64,000 nt of DNA. Origin: Terriglobia bacterium. Lineage in GTDB: Bacteria; Acidobacteriota; Terriglobia; Bryobacterales; Bryobacteraceae. Below the pieces are notes generated by a model, which did no database searches, was not told the DNA's origin, and worked only from the letters and a program-made list of their open reading frames with translations. Of this stretch, positions 1 through 10,825 are shown piece after piece (position 1 is the stretch's first letter; each line of letters begins with the position of its first letter). A program made the position numbers and the translations under genes. The stretch spans positions 373,943 through 437,942 of the forward strand of contig CAVQYP010000004.1 of assembly GCA_963718155.1 (NCBI GenBank), in the 5' to 3' direction.

Positions 1-1667
1 TACGCTCGCGCCAGCGCAGAACAGGGTTTTGTACGGCGGCTGCTTGATGATCTCGAAGTCCGCGTGAACGTCAGTCCGGCGGATTTCGAGAAAATCCCGA
101 CGACCGGCGCGGTTGTCGCGCTTTCGAACCACCCCTTCGGGATTCTGGACGGCGTCATGCTGGCCGACCTGCTGCCGCGTGTGCGCCCGGATGTTCGGAT
201 TTTGACGAATCAGTTACTCGGCGCTTTGCCGGAACTGGCGCCGCTCTGCTTTTTTATCGACCCGTTCGACCGCCCGCAGAGCCGCCTCGCCAATGGCCGG
301 GCGCTCAAGCAGGCGATCGGGCATTTGCGCGCCGGCGGTCTCCTGCTTGATCTTTCCCGGCCGGCGAAGTCTCTCACTTCGATCTGAAGAAGACGCGCCA
401 TTTGCGATCCCGAGTGGAACCATACCGCGGCGCGATTGATTCGGATTACGCGCGCGAAGTCTCTGCCGATTCTGATTCAGGGCGCGAACGGGATCCCGTT
501 CCAGATGCTGGGCATGGTTCATCCGCGATTGCGGACCGCCGCATTGCCGGTTGAGTTGCTGAACAAGCGTGGCAAGTCTGTCGAGATCAGAATCGGCGGA
601 GTGATCGACCATGCGCGCATCGAAGCGCTCGCGGACGATGCGGAAGCGACCCGTTATCTGCGGCTGCGCACCGAGTTACTCGCCCGCAGAGGGTGCGCCT
701 CGGGCCAGGTGACCGCAGGTGAGTGCGCCTGTGGCCGCGCCCATTCCGGCTGACTCGCTGGCGCGTGAGATCGAGGCGCTGCCAGCGGACTGTCTGCTCG
801 AGGAGACGCGCGAATTCAGCGTCTACCTGGCCGGTGCCGCCGATATTCCGCTCGCCCTTGCAGGAGATCGGGCGTTTGCGCGAAGTTACGTTTCGCGCGG
901 CGGGGGAAGGGACCGGCGAGCCGCGCGATCTCGATCGCTTCGATCCGCATTATCTGCACCTGTTTCTCTGGAATAAGGAGAAGCGCGAGATTGCGGGCGG
1001 TTACCGCATGTGCGATGTGCCCGCTCAGATGGCCCGCTTCGGGATCAAGGGACTTTATACCGAATCGCTGTTCCGGTTCAATGCGCGATTTGTGCGGCAA
1101 CTGGGGCCGTCGATCGAGCTGGGGCGGTCGTTTATTCGTCCTGAATATCAACGCCAGTTTGCGCCGCTGCTGCTGCTGTGGAAAGGCATCGGGGCGTGGG
1201 TGGCGCGGCATCCGCAGTATGCGACTCTGATCGGCGCGGTGAGTGTGAGTAATCAGTACTCGCCGGCTTCGCGGGAGCTGATTGCGCGGTATTTCGAAAA
1301 ACAGAGCGCGAGCGAGGGATGGCGCGGAGCCGTCAAAGCCCGCAGGCCGCTGCGGGGAATCTCGTTCAGAAATGGGAGACGCAGGCTCTTTGTTCTCTGC
1401 TGCCGGATGTGGAAGATCTCTCGGCTCCCATCGCCGACCTCGAACCGGACGGCAAGGGGATTCCGATTCTGGTCAGGCAATACGTGAAACTGGGCGGCAA
1501 GCTGCTGGCCTTCAGTGTCGATCCCCAGTTCGGCAATACGCTCGACGGGTTCGTGATGGTCGACCTGACGCGCACGAGTCCCGAGATCCTCTGCGCGCTA
1601 CATGGGACGGGAACGGGCACAGGGGTTTCTTGCATGGCATCGGACATCGCGGCCGCGCGTGGCGTGA
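1..1667 (+). pseudogene. OlsF-like bifunctional acyltransferase: PlsC-type acyltransferase domain followed by a GNAT/OlsB-like N-acyltransferase domain. The 5' end lies outside the window and the frame is broken at least 5 times.
   Basis: Sensible protein sequence hops between frames. Segments: 64-387 (VALSNHPFGILDG acyltransferase motif region), 436-753, about 720-860, about 860-1355 (FRAAGEGTG..DRFDPHYLHLFLW..ELGRSFIRPEYQ, GNAT/hemolysin-like), about 1355-1590, then ..ARYMGRERAQGFLAWH to TGA at 1665-1667. Family name is from memory. Confidence 0.55.
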
Positions 1668-1711
1668 AGTGCGCGCGGTGTTTCCGATAAGCGATCATAG
1701 GGCTTCTGCGT

Positions 1712-2368
1712 ATGCCGGATCAGAAGCTTGTAAGGAAGCCGGAACCGCGCTGGCCTGCGATTGTAGCCACGCTCTCCGTCGGAATGTTGTTCTATGCGAT
1801 GCCCGATTCGCTGACCGTGGGCCCGGGGTGGTCTGTGTTGGTGGTTGTCGCACTTCTGCTGATTCCCGCAACGGTCTCTCACCGGATCGGCCGCGTCGAT
1901 TTGAATGAGATCTTCGCCTACACGAATCTTGGCGTAATCACGCTGGCGGTGCTGTCGTCGCTGGTGCTGCTGGTTGTCAGGCTGCCCGCCCATAAGGAAT
2001 CGCCTGTGGAGTTGCTGCGCGCGGCAGCGGCGTTATGGGTCAGTAACGTCCTGGTGTTCGCATCATGGTACTGGCGACTCGACGGCGGCGGACCCAATGA
2101 GCGCGATAAGCTTCCGGTCCATAAGGACGGGGCGTTCCTCTTTCCTCAGATGATGATGGATCCGGCGCTTCGGGAAGAGATGGGAGAGGATCGCTGGAAT
2201 CCGGGGTTTGTCGATTATTTGTTCCTTGCGTTCAATACAAGCACGGCGTTTTCACCGACGGACGTGCCCGTGCTGTCGCGGTGGGCGAAGGTGATGATGA
2301 TCCTGCAGTCGGTGATTTCGCTCGCGACTCTCGCGCTGCTGGCTGCGCGCGCGATTAATATCCTTTAG
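1712..2368 (+). CDS. DUF1345-like integral membrane protein
   Basis: Intact 218-aa ORF with several hydrophobic helices. The FLAFNTSTAFSPTDV and WAKVMMILQSVISL segments are typical of the DUF1345 family as I recall it. Confidence 0.7.
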   Translation: MPDQKLVRKPEPRWPAIVATLSVGMLFYAMPDSLTVGPGWSVLVVVALLLIPATVSHRIGRVDLNEIFAYTNLGVITLAVLSSLVLLVVRLPAHKESPVELLRAAAALWVSNVLVFASWYWRLDGGGPNERDKLPVHKDGAFLFPQMMMDPALREEMGEDRWNPGFVDYLFLAFNTSTAFSPTDVPVLSRWAKVMMILQSVISLATLALLAARAINIL

Positions 2369-2507
2369 CAGTGTCCGGAGAAGCCAGCCAATCGCTCCCT
2401 GCCGGTCGCGGCTCGGAAACGTGTGCGTTGAATCAGAAAGGGTTACCGGGCTGCGCCTGTCGACAAGCGGTAACCAGGGGGCATTTTTCCGCAGCCTGCC
2501 AGCCAGG

Positions 2508-2538
2508 ACTACCGGCGAGAAAGATCGCCAGTGCTACC
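2508..2538. repeat. REP-like intergenic hairpin, copy 1 (ACTACCGGCGAGAAAGATCGCCAGTGCTACC)
   Basis: GGCGA/TCGCC stem with GAAAGA loop and extended imperfect arms. Overlaps the kbl stop codon (2534-2536) at a convergent gene junction. Related copies at 3904, 9527 and 23689. Confidence 0.6.
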
Positions 2539-3730
2539 CGACGATCTCCATGCGGCTGCCGACGGTCTTGAAGACATCGAGTGCGCGGTCGAGTTGTTCG
2601 CGGGTATGCTCTGCGTTGACGATGGTGCGCACACGCGCTTTGTCTCTGGCGACAGTAGGGAATCCGATGCCGGTGGCGAATACGCCTTGTTTGAATAATT
2701 CTGCCGAGAATCGATGCGCTTTCGATGCTTCGCCGACCATGACCGGTGTAATGGGCGTCTCGCTGATTCCGGTGTCGAAGCCGGCGTCGACGAGGCCTTT
2801 CTTGAAGTGGCGCGTGTTGGACCAGAGACGTTCGATGCGTTCGGGTTCGCTTTCAAGAACGTCAAACGCGGCGATGCAGGCGGCGGCGATTCCGGGCGGG
2901 TGCGAGGTTGAAAAAAGGAATGGGCGCGCACGGTGGTACAGAAATTCGATCAGGTCTTTCGTCCCGCAGACGTATCCGCCCAGCACACCGATCGCTTTCG
3001 AAAGCGTTCCTACCTGAATATCCACGCGGCCGTGCAGACCGAAATGGTCCACAGTGCCGCGGCCGTTGCGGCCGAGAACTCCGGAGGAATGGGCATCGTC
3101 GATCATCATGATCGCGGCGTGCCGTTCGGCGTGCTCCACGAGTTGGGGCAAAGGTCCGATATCGCCGTCCATGGAGAACACGCCGTCGGTGATCAGCAGT
3201 TTGCGGCCTTTCACGCCGTCGAGTTCCTCGAGAATGCGTCCGGCGCCCTCGTGATCCTTGTGTTTGAAGACATGTATCTTCGCCTTCGACAGCCGGCAGC
3301 CATCGATGATGCTGGCGTGGTTCAGTTCATCGGAAATGATGTGATCTTCCGGGGTGAGCACGGCTGAGACTGTTCCGGCATTGGCGGCGAAGCCGGATTG
3401 AAAGACGACGCATGCCTCGACGTTCTTGAACTTCGCGATCCGGCGCTCCAGTTCCATGTGGAGCTCCATGGTGCCGGAGATTGTGCGGACTGCCCCGGAG
3501 CCGGCGCCGTATTTGCGGGTGGCTTCAACGGCGGCTTCGATGAGTTTCGGGTGAGTAGTCAGGCCGAGATAGTTGTTGGAGGCGAGATTGACGACGTCTT
3601 TGCCGTCGAAGATGGATTCCGCCGCGCTGGGACCTTCGAGTATGCGCAGGCGCTGGTATGTGCCGGCTTTCTTCCACTCTGAAATCTGTTCGCCGAGGTA
3701 TGCGAGCGGGTCCTGTCGCGTCGAGGTCAT
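2534..3730 (-). CDS. kbl: Glycine C-acetyltransferase (2-amino-3-ketobutyrate CoA ligase), alpha-oxoamine synthase family; BioF-like is the alternative
   Basis: Intact 398 aa. SNNYLGL, DELNHASIIDG, DDAHSSG and the PLP-lysine context GTLSKAIG are present. Full-length match to the Kbl pattern as I remember it. Confidence 0.88.
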   Translation of the reverse strand: MTSTRQDPLAYLGEQISEWKKAGTYQRLRILEGPSAAESIFDGKDVVNLASNNYLGLTTHPKLIEAAVEATRKYGAGSGAVRTISGTMELHMELERRIAKFKNVEACVVFQSGFAANAGTVSAVLTPEDHIISDELNHASIIDGCRLSKAKIHVFKHKDHEGAGRILEELDGVKGRKLLITDGVFSMDGDIGPLPQLVEHAERHAAIMMIDDAHSSGVLGRNGRGTVDHFGLHGRVDIQVGTLSKAIGVLGGYVCGTKDLIEFLYHRARPFLFSTSHPPGIAAACIAAFDVLESEPERIERLWSNTRHFKKGLVDAGFDTGISETPITPVMVGEASKAHRFSAELFKQGVFATGIGFPTVARDKARVRTIVNAEHTREQLDRALDVFKTVGSRMEIVG

Positions 3731-3903
3731 CTCAGTTATTTATTGTGCCGCACAGGTGTTTCGTGCAGGAATTCGTTCACATCGGGCGATCAGCGCGACG
3801 CAGATGGCTGCGCATGTTATTCCTCCGCCGTCAACGCGAGAGCCTGACAAGGTGGAAAAGCGCGACTTGAATATCACCCGTTGAAGATGCGGTTTTTACA
3901 AGG

Positions 3904-3930
3904 GGCGGAGACAAGATCGCCGGCGCTACC
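3904..3930. repeat. REP-like element, copy 2 (GGCGGAGACAAGATCGCCGGCGCTACC)
   Basis: Shares the CAAGATCGCC..GCTACC core with copies at 2508 and 23689. Lies in the 395-bp kbl/SIS divergent intergenic region. Confidence 0.45.
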
Positions 3931-4126
3931 AGCGGCGACGTAAAGTTCCGCGCCGAGCGGAAGCTCGGCGGCAGGGCAGAAGCCGTGACCCCACAAAGCT
4001 GCGCAGCGTCTTCCAGTTTTCGCGTCCCGCAAATGCGGACGGTAACCTGCGGAAAGGACTTCGATGCCAGCTTCTCGTTCTGATCCTCACCGTTCCGACA
4101 CCAGGCGCACTGTGCCGGGCTCGAAG

Positions 4127-5176
4127 ATGCTTGCCGAAATACGCGAGCAGCCCGGCGCGCTGAGTCGTACCCTGGAGGCATGCACGAAAACGGCGGAGGA
4201 GTTGCGGCGGCGTTTCGAAAAACACCGGCCGCGACTGGTCGTAATCGTTGCGCGCGGTACCTCGGACAACGCGGCCATTACGGGCCGGTACCTGATCGAG
4301 ATCACGACCGGCATACCGGTGTCGCTGGCCGCCCCTTCGACGCTGACGCTTTACGGCGCGAAGATCGATTACCGGGACGCTCTGGTGGTGGGGATTTCAC
4401 AGTCCGGGGAGTCCACGGACACTAAGGCGTTGGTGCAAAGCGCGAGAAACTCCGGCGCCGTAACGGTTGGTGTTACCAATGAAGCGTCCAGCGCACTGGC
4501 GAAGATCGCCGAATTTGTTCTGCCTTGCCGTGCAGGCAAGGAGAACAGCATTGCCGCAACGAAAACTTACACTGCGCAATTACTGGCGATGTATCTGTTG
4601 AGCTATGCGCTTGGAGGGTTCATCAGGTCGGATGAGTTAGCGCGGTTGCCCCAGTGGGTGGAGCGCGCACTGAAAATCGAGGGTCGGATCGCGGAGACCG
4701 CGGAACGCTATCGATTCATGACCCGCACGGTCACGGTCGCGCGCGGTTTGAACTACGGGAACGCGCTGGAATTCGGCCTCAAGCTGATGGAGACGTGCTA
4801 TGTGACCACGGAGCGATTTTCGGCGGCCGACCTGATGCATGGGCCGATCGCGATTGTTGAGGAATCGTTCCCGGCCTTTGTTTTTGCGCCTGGGGGCGTG
4901 ACGTGGCAGTCGGTCCGAAAGGTCGTGCAGCATCTGAATCAACTGAAAGGCGACACGCTGGTGATCACGGACGCGCGAGAATCCGATACGCGCGATCTTC
5001 CGGCACGATTCATTCGTGTGCCCGCCGGGTTCAAGCCTCGCGGGCCGGTGAGCGATCTTTACACGCCGATTCCTTATATCGTGCCGGCGCAATTGTTCGC
5101 GGCGCACCTGTCCGTGCAGAAGGGGCTTGATCCGGATCGGCCCAGAGCTTTGAAAAAGGTAACTCTTACGATGTAA
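4127..5176 (+). CDS. SIS-domain sugar phosphate isomerase/aminotransferase-like protein (GlmS isomerase-half / AgaS-like)
   Basis: The ORF runs from 4064, but the conserved N-terminus MLAEIREQPGAL starts at 4127. ARGTSDNA and GISQSGESTD SIS motifs are present, with two SIS-like halves. Confidence 0.8.
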   Translation: MLAEIREQPGALSRTLEACTKTAEELRRRFEKHRPRLVVIVARGTSDNAAITGRYLIEITTGIPVSLAAPSTLTLYGAKIDYRDALVVGISQSGESTDTKALVQSARNSGAVTVGVTNEASSALAKIAEFVLPCRAGKENSIAATKTYTAQLLAMYLLSYALGGFIRSDELARLPQWVERALKIEGRIAETAERYRFMTRTVTVARGLNYGNALEFGLKLMETCYVTTERFSAADLMHGPIAIVEESFPAFVFAPGGVTWQSVRKVVQHLNQLKGDTLVITDARESDTRDLPARFIRVPAGFKPRGPVSDLYTPIPYIVPAQLFAAHLSVQKGLDPDRPRALKKVTLTM

Positions 5177-5224
5177 GCCAGCTGCTGAAGGTCAGGCAGG
5201 ATCACAGAGGTAAACTGTAAAGCC

Positions 5225-5650
5225 ATGTACAAGACCCTTCTGCACGAGTGGTTCGAGGAAATCTGGAACAAAGGGGACGGGTCAGCCGCACACCGCCTGA
5301 TGGCGCCCGACGCCCTGATACACAATCTGGCTCAGGACGGCAAGGATAGTGTCGGAGTTGCGGCCTTTCTCGATTTCTTTGAAAAGTTCAGGGCAGCGTT
5401 TCCGGACACCCGGATTGATCTCCACGAGACTGCAAGTGAGGGCGATGTTCTCTCCGGTCGCTGGACGTTTCACGGGACCCACGCGGGCCATGGGCTCGGA
5501 TTTCCTCCGACCAATCGGCCGGTCTCATTAGACGGAATGAGCTTTGCCCGTATCAAAGACGGACGAATGGTAGAGGCCTGGAATGTCTGGGATGCTGCCG
5601 GAATGCGAGACCAGATAGGGTTCACCAATGTCCCGCCCGCAGCGGGCTGA
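5225..5650 (+). CDS. SnoaL-like ester cyclase family protein
   Basis: 141 aa. The N-terminal EWFEEIWNKGD motif and ..GRWTFHGTHAG..G.PPTNR.. are typical of the ester cyclase (SnoaL-like) fold. Confidence 0.7.
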   Translation: MYKTLLHEWFEEIWNKGDGSAAHRLMAPDALIHNLAQDGKDSVGVAAFLDFFEKFRAAFPDTRIDLHETASEGDVLSGRWTFHGTHAGHGLGFPPTNRPVSLDGMSFARIKDGRMVEAWNVWDAAGMRDQIGFTNVPPAAG

Positions 5651-5657
5651 CAAGGCT

Positions 5658-8600
5658 TCAGAACTGCAGCTTCAGCGACAGTTGAATTGCTCGGGGGCCG
5701 CCGATGTTGAAGATGGGGTTCAAGCCGAAGGCGCCGCCGCCCACCTGACTGTTAGCGATGGTCGCCGTCGATATGCCGAACAGTCCGGATCCGATGGTGG
5801 AGACAGGATTGGCGAAGTTCGGATGGTTCAAGGCATTGAACAAATCGGCGCGAAACAAGAGATTGATTGTCTCCGTAATGGGGAAAGAACGACGGGCGGA
5901 GAGGTCGATCTGGACCAGGTCGAAGCCCCGAAGAGCGTTCCGTCCGACATTGCCCTGCACATTTGTGGCAGGGACGACCAGAGTCGCGGGATTGAGTTGT
6001 CTTCCTCCGGCAACATTGGGGTTGTCAATCCATACGGGAAGTCCGGGGACCAGATCGGATCGAAAATCGTAGCTTCCGAAGCCGATATCACGCTTGTAAG
6101 TGACATTGATGGGGAGAGCGGTTTGCGCGGTGATAATTCCGTCCAGGCCCCATCCGCCGGTGAGCGCGTTGGCCCAGCCCGTGCGCGAAGCCGACGGGAT
6201 TTGAAACGAAAACCCTCCATGAAACGAGTGCCGGATGTCGAAGTCCGAATCGCCCCGGTTCGAGGAGGGAGGCTGAAAAATGCCGGGAACAGACGCCAGA
6301 GTATCCGAGGAGTTGGTGTCGATCGAATGGCCCCATGTATAGCCCATGTTGGCCGCCAGACTGTGAGTCAGCCGGCGCTCATACTGGATCTGGAGAGCAT
6401 TGTAGTCGGAGTAGCCTGAATTATCTGTCCAGGTAACCGAATAGATGTTCGAGGTAACTACCGGGTAATTGACCGCATACAGCAGTTTCCGCCCCGCGGA
6501 CCCGACATAGCTGACGGTGAGCGAATCATTATGACTCAGCGCCTGCTGAACGGCCAGGTTCCATTCCCATATGCGCGGCGCCTCGAAGTCGGGCGGAAAC
6601 ATAAAAAACAAATTCCCGGGCGGCGGCTGCATTAGATTCACTTGGGGAAGCCGTACCTGCGCCGGGTTCACGGGGAGGCTGCTGTTGAGGAGGACGGTGC
6701 CCTGTCCCGCCGGATAACCGCTGACCCAGGGCTGCGACGAGGCTTCCGCGATGCCGGTGTCGTAGAAGAGTCCGCCTCCCGCGCGCAAAACTGTTTCCCG
6801 GCCGGGCTGCCGCCGCAGCTGCCACGCTGCGCCGAGACGCGGAGCGAAGTTCGTGTGCGAGGCGCTCCACAAGGGCGTTCCCGGAATGCCCGCGACCACG
6901 TTTCCAGTCGCGTAGTTTCCGAGCAGCGGCACGAGGTCTCCGTTATTCGGGTCCAGGCTATGGGGCACCGAATTGAAGTCCCAGCGCAGGCCATAAGTCA
7001 GATTCAATTGTGACGAAACTCTCCAGGTGTCCTGGGCATAAAAAGACAGGCTCGTTATTTCTGTGCGGGCGCGCGACGGAGCGATACTGTGAAACGCATC
7101 GAGCTGGTTGTTTACCAGTCCGGTTACGCCGTCGAACTGAAAGTACTGATCGCCGCCCGCGGTAATGAGCGGAAGTAATTCCCGATAGTCGATTCCGAAC
7201 TTCAACTGATGGCTGCCGGATATGTAGTTCACGCCATCGACAATATTTATCTGCCGCTCCTCCAAAGCGCCGGTGTTGCCGCCGAAAAGATCTCCGCCCG
7301 GATCGCCCAAATTGACGAACGAGTAATTTTCAGCCGGCGACGTTCCGGGCAGGAGCAGTAAGTTGGACGGAACAACGGCGCCGCCGAATGTATCCATCGT
7401 AAATCGCGATTGATTGGTGCTGTTGCTGACGTTCAGGCGTAAGTCTGTCGTCGCGACGGAGTTGAAGATGTAAGTCAATCCCGCGGACAGGGATCTTTGT
7501 GTCACTTCGGTGACCACACTATCCGCGAGGCTGGCTGAGCCGCTGTTGGACCGGCTCGTCTTTCCGGAGGGCGCCCAGGTAAAGGTGGCAAATCCCCGAA
7601 GGTTTGCGGTGAAAATCTGGTCCAGTTTCCCGAGCGTCGAGTTCGTGCTCAGGGGATTCGAGTAACCGGATGAAAACCTTGCCCGATCGTTGCCGAGATC
7701 CGGACCGTTCGGGACTGGGAAGGCATCGATAAAAGGCTGCGCTGCCTCGGGCGCCGACTGACGGGCCGAGAGCGAAGGAACTGTGGTTACGGCGAAATGT
7801 GGCTCTACCAGACGTTGCGCTTCCCAGGAGACGAAAAAGAAGGTTTTGTCGCGCACGACCGGTCCACCGAGGACCCCGCCGAAATCGTTTGACCGCAGCG
7901 GCGGTTTGGGCTGACCTGCCTGGTTTACGAACCAGTCCGCGGCGTCCAGTTTGTCGTTGCGAAAATAATCGAAAGCCGTGCCGTGAAAGGCGTTCGTGCC
8001 GGAACGAGTGACGAGAAGGACCTGAGCTCCCGGCGTGCGTCCATACTCAGGCGCGTAAGAACTGGTGAGGATGCGAAATTCCTGGAGGGCATCAACGGAT
8101 ACCATGCTGTTCGTGCCGCCGGCGACGTTATAACCTGCGTTATTCCCGCCCGCGGATTGATAACCGGTGACGGTGCTTACGGCGTTTACTCCATCGACGC
8201 TGAAGCTGTTGGCGGAGGCACGCAGGCCGTTCACGACGAACTGGCCGTTACTGTTTTGCGCGTTGGAAAGGTTCACTCCGGGAGCCAGAGTGATCAGATT
8301 CTGGAAGCTTCTTCCGTTCAGGGGAATGTTATCCGTCAGTTGCCGGCCCACCACGGTGCTGACCGAGGCACCGGCGATCTGGAGCAAATCGCCGCCGCTG
8401 TTGACCGTGACGGTCTGCGCCGCCTTACCTACATAGAGGGTGAAATCGATTTGAGCCTGTTGCGCAACCACGAGCGGAATGCCTGTTCGCCGCTGTGCGT
8501 CGAATCCGGCCGCTTCAACGTCAACTTCGTAGGTGCCCGAAGGCAGATCGGTAAGGCTGTAAAGGCCCGAATCGTTCGATCGTGTGAATCTGCCGCTGCG

Positions 8601-8765
8601 ATTTTCCTGGTTTATCACGGCAAGGCGTGCACCCGATATCGCCAGTCCGCTGCTATCGAAAATGCGGCCGGACAAGGTGGCCTGCTGGGCCTGGAGCGCC
8701 GATGCCGCGAATACGACAGCAATGAGGAGTGATGCAATACGGCACAAATACACTCGGAGTCTCAT
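5658..8765 (-). CDS. TonB-dependent receptor with N-terminal carboxypeptidase-regulatory-like domain
   Basis: The ORF extends to 8873. The likely start at 8765 gives signal peptide MRLRVYLCRIASLLIAVVFAASALQAQ. A CarboxypepD_reg-like segment follows (LSGRIFDSSGLAISGARLAV..GTYEVDVEAAGF), then a long beta-barrel ending LSLKLQF. Confidence 0.85.
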   Translation of the reverse strand: MRLRVYLCRIASLLIAVVFAASALQAQQATLSGRIFDSSGLAISGARLAVINQENRSGRFTRSNDSGLYSLTDLPSGTYEVDVEAAGFDAQRRTGIPLVVAQQAQIDFTLYVGKAAQTVTVNSGGDLLQIAGASVSTVVGRQLTDNIPLNGRSFQNLITLAPGVNLSNAQNSNGQFVVNGLRASANSFSVDGVNAVSTVTGYQSAGGNNAGYNVAGGTNSMVSVDALQEFRILTSSYAPEYGRTPGAQVLLVTRSGTNAFHGTAFDYFRNDKLDAADWFVNQAGQPKPPLRSNDFGGVLGGPVVRDKTFFFVSWEAQRLVEPHFAVTTVPSLSARQSAPEAAQPFIDAFPVPNGPDLGNDRARFSSGYSNPLSTNSTLGKLDQIFTANLRGFATFTWAPSGKTSRSNSGSASLADSVVTEVTQRSLSAGLTYIFNSVATTDLRLNVSNSTNQSRFTMDTFGGAVVPSNLLLLPGTSPAENYSFVNLGDPGGDLFGGNTGALEERQINIVDGVNYISGSHQLKFGIDYRELLPLITAGGDQYFQFDGVTGLVNNQLDAFHSIAPSRARTEITSLSFYAQDTWRVSSQLNLTYGLRWDFNSVPHSLDPNNGDLVPLLGNYATGNVVAGIPGTPLWSASHTNFAPRLGAAWQLRRQPGRETVLRAGGGLFYDTGIAEASSQPWVSGYPAGQGTVLLNSSLPVNPAQVRLPQVNLMQPPPGNLFFMFPPDFEAPRIWEWNLAVQQALSHNDSLTVSYVGSAGRKLLYAVNYPVVTSNIYSVTWTDNSGYSDYNALQIQYERRLTHSLAANMGYTWGHSIDTNSSDTLASVPGIFQPPSSNRGDSDFDIRHSFHGGFSFQIPSASRTGWANALTGGWGLDGIITAQTALPINVTYKRDIGFGSYDFRSDLVPGLPVWIDNPNVAGGRQLNPATLVVPATNVQGNVGRNALRGFDLVQIDLSARRSFPITETINLLFRADLFNALNHPNFANPVSTIGSGLFGISTATIANSQVGGGAFGLNPIFNIGGPRAIQLSLKLQF

Positions 8766-8905
8766 GCGAGGCGAGGGAATGGTAACACCCGCTTCTCTGC
8801 GTGCTACACGCTGTTTCGACACCGTGATGGTCTTGGAGAGAACAGAAGTAGTTTGCCGGGCCGGTTCGGTCAACGTAAAGTTACGGTATACTTTTCGAGA
8901 GACTG

Positions 8906-9454
8906 ATGCTGATCCTCGATGCGGTTCTGGCCGTCATTCTTGCCCTGCCTGGAACTCCGTCAAAACCACCTTCACCCGCAGCGCAGCCCGCGGCTGTTCC
9001 GCAGGGCGGCCCGGAACTCGCTCGCGCCGTCAAAGCCGAACTTGAGTCTATTGCGGGAACCGGCTCTGTGGAAGTGAGCACGGAGAGCCAGTTCCGCTTC
9101 AACGTGCGCATCACGATACAGACTTTCAACTCAAAAATCTGCAGGCAGATTTACGAACGCGAAATGGGTCTGCACCAGTTGTTTCCCGACGTGAATTTCA
9201 ATTTCTACTACAGCGTTCCCGAACTGACGCGAGCCATCAAAGCGGATCTGGAGTCGATCTCGGGACGCGACACGGTGGATATCAGCATCGACAGCAAATC
9301 GCTGCTGAACGTTAGCGTTGCCATACCCGCCTTCAGTGCCCAGGTCTACAGCGAGATCTTCGCCCGGGAGCTGGAGTTTTACCGCGCTTTCCCGGACCTG
9401 AATTTCGATTTTTATATTCGGCGGTCTGCGGCTGAAACGGCGCCTACGGTTTGA
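8906..9454 (+). CDS. Hypothetical protein made of two tandem ~66-aa repeats behind a Pro-rich N-terminus
   Basis: Repeat 1 (nt 9011-9208): [47 protein letters not shown]. Repeat 2 (nt 9215-9418): [47 protein letters not shown]. Confidence 0.55.
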   Translation: MLILDAVLAVILALPGTPSKPPSPAAQPAAVPQGGPELARAVKAELESIAGTGSVEVSTESQFRFNVRITIQTFNSKICRQIYEREMGLHQLFPDVNFNFYYSVPELTRAIKADLESISGRDTVDISIDSKSLLNVSVAIPAFSAQVYSEIFARELEFYRAFPDLNFDFYIRRSAAETAPTV

Positions 9455-9526
9455 CGAGCCGTTCGGCGCGACGGGGTTTCATATTGCTTGTGGGCTGGCG
9501 GCCCCCGAAATGCTCCGGCACCCAAA

Positions 9527-9554
9527 GTAACCGGCGAGAAAATCGCAGTGTTAC
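9527..9554. repeat. REP-like intergenic hairpin, copy 3 (GTAACCGGCGAGAAAATCGCAGTGTTAC)
   Basis: Outer arms GTAAC/GTTAC and inner arms GGCGA/TCGC. Sits 2 nt from the reconstructed stop (9557-9559) of the MacB-like permease, at a convergent junction. Confidence 0.6.
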
Positions 9555-9556
9555 CG

Positions 9557-10823
<1,267 letters not shown>

Positions 10824-10825
10824 GG

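Noticed and set aside
3731-4063. Possible glycine riboswitch (kbl side) or glmS-type ribozyme (SIS-gene side).
   Set aside because: I could not find the conserved core motifs of either RNA class on either strand. Only generic hairpins are present, and these are reported separately as low-interest structure.
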